Below are positions 38,990 to 45,040 of a stretch of 45,040 nt of DNA, one piece after another. The stretch lies in the sequence record NZ_CP133434.1. One strand, given 5' to 3'. The notes below the pieces were generated by a model. It searched no databases. It was not told the origin of the DNA and worked only from the letters and a program-made list of their open reading frames with translations. Made by a program: the position numbers and the translations under genes. The stretch is from a plasmid. Position 1 is the first letter of the stretch. The number at the start of each line of letters is the position of its first letter.

Positions 38990-39300
38990 ACCGTGGTTGC
39001 TTGTGAGAAATCACGCCCCTATGAAGAGAGACTTTTTACTATTGCGCGAAGTTAATACTACAAGTGACTTATGCTAAGCTCAACACATAAAACAGATCTT
39101 TCGATCTTGATAAATCAATTTTACTTTCATTTATCCCACATAAGAAACGAAAAACAGAATATTCATCTTTTGCAAATCTGTTTTTTAGATCGATAGATCG
39201 AATGATAGCTAAAACGCAGAATTTCGATCTGTTTTTAAGGTGAAAAGATGAGCAAGCGAACTAAAATAAATATTTTTCTCGCATAATCAATACATTAAAT
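38990..39300. promoter_or_regulatory. Intergenic region with inverted/direct repeats (aaaacagatct / agatctgtttt), a candidate oriT and/or pilX operon control region
   Basis: Three copies of aaaacaga(t/a) and gatctgtttt arms between taxC and actX. Confidence 0.3.
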
Positions 39301-39301
39301 C

Positions 39302-40468
39302 TTATAAGCCCCAAAATTTAATCCCTGTTTTCAGCTTCTGTTCTGACTGTAACGTGGATGCTTTCTGCTGCGTAAACTGCGCCATTCGCTGTTGTTGCTT
39401 CAGCAGCATATCAGGGCTGTTCAGTACCAGCTCTTTGCTGGCTGAAGGTGTTCTGTCTACGCCCTTAACCCCCAGATTTTCTAACTGCCACTCATTTCTG
39501 TGAACCGTTTTCCAGCCATGCTGAACACCATTTTTATCGAGCGCCGGGATTTTTACTTCTTTCTGACCAAGTTTCTTCAGTCTGACAAGATCACCTGCTT
39601 TAACGCTTTCCCGCGAACATAAGTCCCCAAAATCAGCCCCCCAGTATGTTTTCTCAACCCCCTTGTTAAGAGTCTTTAGCTTTATAAAATGTTGCTTAGA
39701 CTTTGTTTTATCGTTCTGATAATGGTCATAGCCAATATCAACAACCTCATAAACACCTTTCTGTCTTTTTGGTGCTGTATTATGTGCATCTTTAACAGAC
39801 TGATTAAGTCCATGCTGTTGCTTATGGGTCGCTTTAACGTCATAACCTTTTAACTTCAACTCTTCACAAAAACCTGTACGAATTTCCCGTAAATCTTTTT
39901 TCCTGATATCAGCGCGTTTACCGTCATTATCTCGGATACGAAAAACAACATGAACGTGAGGATGTTCTTTCTTATCACAGTGGTATCCAAGAACAAAACG
40001 GTGATTAGGATATTTTTTCTGCATCGTTTTCCTGACAGACTCCAGCAAATCTTCAGGCTTTACTTTCGCTGAAACTGGAGGCGAGAAGACAATATTCTGT
40101 GTGATTTTTTTATTTTCTTTACCTTTATCATTCATCACATGCTGAGGATCATTAGCACGATCTATCATGTGCTCTTTAGCTTCCAGAATTTCGTCACCCG
40201 TCCATACCCGACCGCTTTCACTCATCACTGGTAGCTCTGACTCACGGCTCATATAATCAATACTGTTCCGAATCCCCTGACGAGTAATAGCACCTCCAGA
40301 TATTTTGACAACAACCTCCTTACTGGCACCCTTGCGGTTGATACGTTCCTGAACATTGCGGCTATAGTTCTTTCCACCATTTTTGACTTTGTGAGCGAAA
40401 GCTGACTTACGACCATTTTCTGATGACTTTCGTTTAACACGATGTTCTTTATCAACGTAAACGCCCAT
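39302..40468 (-). CDS. taxC: MOBP-family relaxase
   Basis: HPHVHVV three-His motif. ~388 aa. Immediately downstream of taxA. Confidence 0.8.
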   Translation of the reverse strand: MGVYVDKEHRVKRKSSENGRKSAFAHKVKNGGKNYSRNVQERINRKGASKEVVVKISGGAITRQGIRNSIDYMSRESELPVMSESGRVWTGDEILEAKEHMIDRANDPQHVMNDKGKENKKITQNIVFSPPVSAKVKPEDLLESVRKTMQKKYPNHRFVLGYHCDKKEHPHVHVVFRIRDNDGKRADIRKKDLREIRTGFCEELKLKGYDVKATHKQQHGLNQSVKDAHNTAPKRQKGVYEVVDIGYDHYQNDKTKSKQHFIKLKTLNKGVEKTYWGADFGDLCSRESVKAGDLVRLKKLGQKEVKIPALDKNGVQHGWKTVHRNEWQLENLGVKGVDRTPSASKELVLNSPDMLLKQQQRMAQFTQQKASTLQSEQKLKTGIKFWGL

Positions 40469-40470
40469 AA

Positions 40471-41016
40471 TCACATCTCCACTTTATTTGAAACAGTTCT
40501 CCCTTTACATAACATAATGTAATTCTCAAACTGATTCTTAAGATTAAAAATTTCTGTTGTAAGACGCTCCGCATCCTGATAGAAACCATCTTTATCAAGA
40601 ACCCTGGTCTGATCATTAACAATGATATAATGGAAATTACGACCGATCTTATCAATTGAATTACGGCAACGATTCATCATCAGCAGTTCCTGGTCAAAGA
40701 AATCCAGTTCATTTTCAAGTGTCGTCTGTATGCGGTAACGACATTCTCGTGATAACGTCCATCCGTGACGATTAGCAGCTCTTTCAATATCAGCCCTTTG
40801 TTTACCTGTTAAGTACATCGTTGTTTTGATAAAATCATTATTATCAAAAAACGTATTTATATCCTTACTGACAGCTTTACTTTTTAATAAAGCATTTGCT
40901 AAAAGTTTCATGCCTTTAGCTACTGTTAAAGCTGGTTCATCCGGATAAAGAGTTTTAAGGCAATTCAGCAAATCATCATGCTGATTTTCATCAATTCTGA
41001 ATTGAACTTTTTTCAT
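40471..41016 (-). CDS. taxA: Relaxosome accessory protein
   Basis: The start ATG 41016 is supplied by the inverted repeat (MKKVQFRIDENQ...). Overlaps the taxC start. Confidence 0.55.
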   Translation of the reverse strand: MKKVQFRIDENQHDDLLNCLKTLYPDEPALTVAKGMKLLANALLKSKAVSKDINTFFDNNDFIKTTMYLTGKQRADIERAANRHGWTLSRECRYRIQTTLENELDFFDQELLMMNRCRNSIDKIGRNFHYIIVNDQTRVLDKDGFYQDAERLTTEIFNLKNQFENYIMLCKGRTVSNKVEM

Positions 41017-41120
41017 AAAATTCTCCGACAAGAACCGACTGTAGGTCACCGGGCAAATGTTGCGGAATGGCGTCAGAGACGTCATTTTGCGGCGTTTGCC
41101 CTATCCTGCATCGCAGTGAA
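41007..41120. repeat. Right copy of ~114-bp inverted repeat (candidate ori-alpha element)
   Basis: Reverse complement matches 1359-1472 with ~7 mismatches. Confidence 0.8.
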
Positions 41121-41341
41121 TCTGGCGCCGCTCATAAATTGTGCTTGAGCATCAACAAAAATGCAAAAAGGCTGATGTTGTCATGGCTGAACATACGTGC
41201 GTCTGCGACCAGAAACTCGATCAATGCCGTAAGGACAGTGCCGTCAGGTTCGCTCCGCGAACGGTCTGGCAGGAAGCGCAAGCGCAGTCCCGCGCAATAT
41301 ATCAGAAAGCACCTCCCGAAATACGGGAGGGCTTCGGCTAT

Positions 41342-41614
41342 TCAGCTAAGGTTGCTCTGTTCAGGTTGCTGAGTGTAGCCTTCCATGCCCTGACGGGCAT
41401 CAAAAAGCCAGCGCCGGAAGTTACTCATTCTTTCAAGGTTAGCTTTGCTTGGTTTTTTGCCACGATTACCACTTAATATCCGCCATACTCGTATTCCTGC
41501 TTTATTAGTCCAGTGCAGAACAATTTCTCCTTTGCTGTTAAAAGCAAGAGAAAAGCGTACAGCGCCTTGCCGCAATTCTCCACTGACAAAGGACACAAAA
41601 TCATGTTTTGTCAT
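41342..41614 (-). CDS. Hypothetical protein (90 aa)
   Basis: Intact ORF. No motif recognised. Confidence 0.35.
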   Translation of the reverse strand: MTKHDFVSFVSGELRQGAVRFSLAFNSKGEIVLHWTNKAGIRVWRILSGNRGKKPSKANLERMSNFRRWLFDARQGMEGYTQQPEQSNLS

Positions 41615-41626
41615 AAAGCCTCCGGT

Positions 41627-41824
41627 TTATTTATCTGTTCTCTTTTGTGTCTTTTTTTCCAGTGCTTTTCTGAGTAATGCCATATACTCAGGAAAGACAT
41701 GGAATGGCATCAAAGGGAAAACCGGACGCCCACCCTTTTCAACGTCATTTATTGCTGATAATATGCGTTCCGACATTTTATTCCTCGCAACAGAATCAAG
41801 TGTCACGGTATCAGGTTGCCCCAC
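41627..41824 (-). CDS. Hypothetical protein (65 aa)
   Basis: Intact ORF following 41342-41614 in the same orientation. Confidence 0.3.
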   Translation of the reverse strand: MGQPDTVTLDSVARNKMSERILSAINDVEKGGRPVFPLMPFHVFPEYMALLRKALEKKTQKRTDK

Positions 41825-41845
41825 AACCTGATACCATCTTTATCT

Positions 41846-42025
41846 TTACTTTATTAACTTCTCAATTGCTTCTTTTTTGGCTTTCTCCTGTTCTGATGGT
41901 GGGTATGCAAGGTCATACCAGTTATCAATACAATGAATAACTCTTTCTTTAGATAACCCACATTGTTCAAACCAAAATTTTATATTTCGGTTTAATGATG
42001 CTTTTGCGCTAAACTCTCTTTCCAT
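41846..42025 (-). CDS. Hypothetical protein (59 aa, MEREFSAKASLNRNIKFWFEQCGL...), below the ORF-track cut-off
   Basis: Hand-translated minus-strand ORF that fills a 240-bp gap. Confidence 0.25.
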   Translation of the reverse strand: MEREFSAKASLNRNIKFWFEQCGLSKERVIHCIDNWYDLAYPPSEQEKAKKEAIEKLIK

Positions 42026-42067
42026 TTTCAGACCTTTACTAAAAGGGGGAATATCCCCCCTGATTAA

Positions 42068-42397
42068 TTAGTAGTAAGAAGAAAATCGATGTTTTTCTTC
42101 CGGTAGAGTTTTATACGCAGTTTCAAAATCTTCGATTTTGATTGCCAGCTCATCACCAAAATCTTTTATCTGGCGCTTAAGACATTCACCAGTAAAATCA
42201 TTTAAAACGGGAGTTTTAAAGCCGACCATTGAATCGGTATATTCTGAATTGGCGCGAATCTCGCGAACGGTGACGGTTTTTTTACCGTGAACAGAAAGAA
42301 CCTGGTAGAAGGTTACATTGGTTTGCTCATAGCCCCAGGATGATACAAAGATATCACCAACAGAGACAGTATCATTTTTAAAAGTTAATACTTTCAT
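42068..42397 (-). CDS. Hypothetical protein driven by repeat promoter cassette 1
   Basis: 109 aa. SD gggag. Immediately downstream of the 42398-42490 cassette. Confidence 0.45.
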   Translation of the reverse strand: MKVLTFKNDTVSVGDIFVSSWGYEQTNVTFYQVLSVHGKKTVTVREIRANSEYTDSMVGFKTPVLNDFTGECLKRQIKDFGDELAIKIEDFETAYKTLPEEKHRFSSYY

Positions 42398-42490
42398 TTT
42401 TAGCTCCCGCCCAGCTTGGGCTCTGGATGAAAGAGAAACTGTTTCCCTTTCTTGTGTCTTATTATACCTGCATATGCAGGTATGGCAAGT
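42398..42490 (-). promoter_or_regulatory. Promoter-operator cassette copy 1 (TTGCCA-N16-TATAAT with the palindrome acctgcatatgcaggt in the spacer, plus SD)
   Basis: ~90% identical to 43330-43420. Confidence 0.5.
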
Positions 42491-42711
42491 TATTTTTTTA
42501 CCAGTTTATAAACCGGATGCATATTTGCAAGTAGTAATAAATACTGATATTCACCAACAGATAAAGAACGACTGGCCTTACCTGCACTTTCTTTCATCTG
42601 CCAGGAATTCAGTTGATAACCAAAAATATCAGCAGCTTCTTTAAGAGTAAGACCTGCCGCAACCCGTGCATTCTTTACTTCTTCAGGTGTAGGTTTATTC
42701 TGCATTTTCAT
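42490..42711 (-). CDS. Small HTH DNA-binding protein
   Basis: Helix-turn-helix-like segment TLKEAADIFGYQLNSWQ. Confidence 0.4.
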   Translation of the reverse strand: MKMQNKPTPEEVKNARVAAGLTLKEAADIFGYQLNSWQMKESAGKASRSLSVGEYQYLLLLANMHPVYKLVKK

Positions 42712-42952
42712 CCCCTTTTGTCAGACAATCACACAAAATCCCATTATCCAGAAGCATCAATGATGCCAGGTTGAGTTTTTCGTCCATTATCAATTTTCTT
42801 ACTGTTTTCCTGCTTTTAGTTTTATCAATTGTCTTAACATATTTTAAGACGTGAAAAACCGCATCCCCATCTTCATCCATCGTTCTGATTACATAGGAGT
42901 AATTACCTCTGTTTTTCTTAATTATCTTATCTTTATCCATATTATTCCTCAT
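42695..42952 (-). CDS. Hypothetical protein (85 aa)
   Basis: Intact ORF overlapping the next start. Confidence 0.35.
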   Translation of the reverse strand: MRNNMDKDKIIKKNRGNYSYVIRTMDEDGDAVFHVLKYVKTIDKTKSRKTVRKLIMDEKLNLASLMLLDNGILCDCLTKGDENAE

Positions 42953-42987
42953 AATAACTAAAAAAGGGGCTTAATGCCCCTTTTTAT

Positions 42988-43311
42988 CTATAACACGGTA
43001 TGTAACCCTGTTTCCTGTGTAAATAAACACGCTAACTGATCACAATAGATATTATCGAATCTTGAAATATCTTTAACTTCAGCACCACGTACACGAGAAA
43101 ATTTCACCTGGTACGTATCAGTAAAATCCAGTTTAATTTTTACTAAGTTGATGCCTTTCATTGCAAAATTGGACGGCAAACGGAAAGTTAACCCGCACTC
43201 ACCGTTTTCATCAAAGTAAGAAAAACTTTTAGCACCAGTCATAACAATAAAACGATTACCACCAAGTTGACGTAAAATCTCTGTGGCTACAGACTTAGCG
43301 TAGTTTTGCAT
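42988..43311 (-). CDS. Hypothetical protein driven by repeat promoter cassette 2
   Basis: Likely start MQNYAKSV. The track ORF extends to 43329. Confidence 0.45.
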   Translation of the reverse strand: MQNYAKSVATEILRQLGGNRFIVMTGAKSFSYFDENGECGLTFRLPSNFAMKGINLVKIKLDFTDTYQVKFSRVRGAEVKDISRFDNIYCDQLACLFTQETGLHTVL

Positions 43312-43329
43312 TTTTAACCTCCCGCCCAC

Positions 43330-43420
43330 TTTGGGCTCTGGATGAAAGAGAACCTGTTTCCCTTTCTTGTGTTTTATTATACCTGCATTTGCAGGTATGG
43401 CAAATTTTTAATGCTCTCGT
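43330..43420 (-). promoter_or_regulatory. Promoter-operator cassette copy 2
   Basis: TTGCCA tacctgcaaatgcagg TATAAT ... gggaggtt on the minus strand. Confidence 0.5.
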
Positions 43421-43456
43421 TCTGACAGTAAACAGTTAATCATTTGATGATTAATC

Positions 43457-43738
43457 TTAGCGCAAATCTGCGATCTGGTAGACTTCGCTGCTTTCCCTTC
43501 TTCCAACAGCAATAACGAGTAAAACGACTTTCTCATCAATAACTTGATATACAAGTCTGTAGCCAGATGCGCGAAGTTTGATTTTATAGCGATCAGCATG
43601 ACCATGTAACCGGGCTGCGGGTACGCGTGGATTTTCCAGCCGTTCTGCCAGTTTCTTTTTGAATTGTTCACGGATGGTGTGGCCGAGTTTCTGCCATTCC
43701 TTCAGTGCTCTACGGTCAAAAGCCAGTTCATAGGTCAT
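43457..43738 (-). CDS. stbE: RelE/ParE-family toxin
   Basis: 93 aa, ...YRLVYQVIDEKVVLLVIAVGRRESSEVYQIA. Confidence 0.8.
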   Translation of the reverse strand: MTYELAFDRRALKEWQKLGHTIREQFKKKLAERLENPRVPAARLHGHADRYKIKLRASGYRLVYQVIDEKVVLLVIAVGRRESSEVYQIADLR

Positions 43739-43979
43739 CCAGGTTAACCTTCACAATTTCCGGGTTTTTCATGCGCTCATCAGCAACAGCGTTTAACTCA
43801 GCATCTTCAGCGAGTTCCCGATAGTAGGCGTAAAGTTTTGGTGGAACGCAATAGAACGCCGGTTCGTTTCGGTTCAGGATCGCAACAGCGTCCCCTTCAC
43901 CTTCAGCTACGGTTCCCATAGGATTTTTTTTCAGGTCAGTAATACTGGCCGCTGTGGTTGTCAGAATTTGATAGCTCAT
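43728..43979 (-). CDS. stbD: Phd/YefM-family antitoxin
   Basis: 83 aa. Overlaps the toxin start by 11 nt. Confidence 0.8.
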   Translation of the reverse strand: MSYQILTTTAASITDLKKNPMGTVAEGEGDAVAILNRNEPAFYCVPPKLYAYYRELAEDAELNAVADERMKNPEIVKVNLDDL

Positions 43980-43984
43980 AAGCC

Positions 43985-44045
43985 CTCCGCTTGTCTCATT
44001 GGCATAATAGCATCTTTAAAAGCACTCTTAAAAGTGCTTATGTTG
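43985..44045 (-). promoter_or_regulatory. stbDE promoter with palindromic operator aaaagcactcttaaaagtgctt
   Basis: Perfect palindrome next to gcataata -10-like hexamers. Confidence 0.4.
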
Positions 44046-44621
44046 AGAAAAACATCAGAACAGGTGAGATATGGCTCTTTCCAACATCGCCTTAAAACGC
44101 TCTGTAACGCGTTCTGAGCGTTTTTTCCCGTTTCGTTGTAGTCAGCTACGGTTTAACGGTTTTTAACGCCGCTCAACGCTTTTTAGCGGCCTTGTTGCTG
44201 TGATCTGTTGCCATGATCCGGATAGGAGTTCAATCTTGATCAAAATTTCCTCAAGGCAACGACTGTTTTGTAAATACCCTCTAAAACGCGCTGTATCGCA
44301 TTCTGAGCGATTTTTTCGATTTCGCATGGTTTCACCATGGTTGTATCGAACGAAGCGGCAGTAAGCGATTCAGGGCTTCTCAGTGAAAGATCCAAAAAGG
44401 ATCAATCAACGGATCGTATGAGCTGAACTCTTCTGGTTTTGAGAAAGGAGACACCGCTCGCCGCAGCCGAACGACCGAGCGTAGCGAGTTAGTGAGCGAG
44501 GAAGCGGAACAGCACAAGGATAACATCAGGCAATTACGCGCAGTGGTTAAAAAGCGAGCATATTGTTTTTATGTGTGGTTGTCCTAGTTCAGAGTGATCT
44601 GTCCTCTGGGTTTACGCAAAG

Positions 44622-44630
44622 TTATCCACA
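44622..44630 (+). promoter_or_regulatory. DnaA box TTATCCACA
   Basis: Perfect consensus. A second near-consensus box acatccaca lies at 44862-44870. Confidence 0.5.
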
Positions 44631-44728
44631 GGCACTGTGCATTTAAAAAACTTATCTTTTCTTCTTGATCTTAAAAACTTAAAAACTTAGAGCGTCGTAA
44701 CATTATGATAAATATAATAAAAAAACGC

Positions 44729-44860
44729 TAAACATGAGAGGATTTTTAACGTAAGGTGAGAGGATCTTTAACATAAGGTGAGAAGATATTTAAGTAAGGG
44801 TGAGAAGATTTTTCACTAAAGATGAGAGGATTTTTAACGAAAGGTGAGAGGATTTTTAAG
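44729..44860. repeat. Gamma-ori iterons: six tandem 22-bp direct repeats (consensus aaggtgagaggatttttaac)
   Basis: Units start at 44729, 44751, 44773, 44795, 44817 and 44839. An eighth-iteron-like copy at 44945-44966 lies in the pir promoter region. Confidence 0.85.
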
Positions 44861-44940
44861 TACATCCACAGGCTAAAAAAATATCATGTAAAACATGATG
44901 TTATGAATTCATTTTGATGTGAATACATAAAGATCTTTAT

Positions 44941-45010
44941 ATCTAAAGGTGATAAGTTTTTTAACTAAAGGTTGTAATGTGTTGTTGTCATACAACCTTT
45001 ATAGGGTTAT
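44941..45010. promoter_or_regulatory. pir promoter/operator region: isolated iteron plus inverted repeat aaaggttgta...tacaaccttt
   Basis: Iteron-like taaaggtgataagttttttaac followed by a 10-bp-arm inverted repeat. pir follows if the window is circular. Confidence 0.45.
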
Positions 45011-45040
45011 CATTTAGCCAAGTGATACGACTTATCTATA

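Noticed and set aside
44440-44530. Stretch ctcgccgcagccgaacgaccgagcgtagcgagttagtgagcgaggaagcggaa, almost identical to a pMB1/pBR322 segment. Could suggest cloning-vector contamination.
   Set aside because: It has several mismatches against the vector sequence and sits in a natural context next to gamma-ori-like sequence. Treated as a natural ColE1-family homology. Unrelated: the bla upstream region at 7880-8061 is genuinely identical to pBR322 because pBR322 derives from Tn3.
44729-44860. 22-bp tandem direct repeats considered as a CRISPR array
   Set aside because: There are no spacers. The repeats are contiguous, AT-rich and match R6K-type iteron organisation.

Overview
The window reads as a complete or nearly complete R6K-like (IncX-type) conjugative plasmid, linearised at the pir start codon. 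The 22-bp gamma-ori iterons and DnaA boxes lie at the extreme 3' end (44560-45040). If the molecule is circular, they sit immediately upstream of pir at position 1.

Backbone:
- pir (1-855) and a bis-like gene (880-1326).
- A parF/parG-type partition operon with ACTC/GAGT centromere-like boxes.
- A serine resolvase.
- hns-like, hha and topB genes.
- A full VirB-like type IV secretion operon on the minus strand (pilX1 to pilX11 with a fused VirB3-VirB4, an eex-like lipoprotein and a 42-aa VirB7 lipoprotein missed by the ORF track).
- The VirD4 coupling protein taxB, the RfaH/NusG-like activator actX, the MOBP relaxase taxC and taxA.
- A stbDE (Phd/RelE) addiction module.
- A ~114-bp inverted repeat is present on both sides of the replication region (1359-1472 and 41007-41120). 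Each copy ends in an SD and the ATG of a gene (a 118-aa ORF and taxA). The placement fits R6K ori-beta and ori-alpha.

Accessory region (~5-21 kb), lying between the resolvase and hns/topB:
1. Three dinQ/agrAB-like type I toxin modules. One 27-aa peptide is near-identical to E. coli DinQ as I recall it. Two are 31-aa and 27-aa paralogs. Each module has agrA/agrB-like tandem antisense repeats and two (modules 1 and 2) have an SD-sequestering hairpin.
2. A clean Tn1/2/3-type transposon (6872-11821) carrying blaTEM-1, tnpR and tnpA, with 38-bp inverted repeats and a 5-bp AACTT target duplication. It is inserted between a small hydrophobic-peptide ORF and its terminator.
3. An AT-rich single-gene OLD-family (or fused PARIS-like) ABC-ATPase plus Toprim nuclease with a poly-Asp insert.
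4. A CBASS-like pair: a SMODS/CD-NTase-type nucleotidyltransferase and a 2TM SLATT-like membrane effector.
5. An AT-rich, translationally coupled pair of proteins that each carry a C-terminal Rx4H HEPN-type motif. This is the best candidate for an undescribed two-HEPN defence module.

Other items: a ~95-bp duplicated promoter-operator cassette drives two genes in the stbDE-proximal region, and an AT-rich orphan gene sits between topB and the T4SS.

Every call is made from motifs and recalled family knowledge. No database search was possible.
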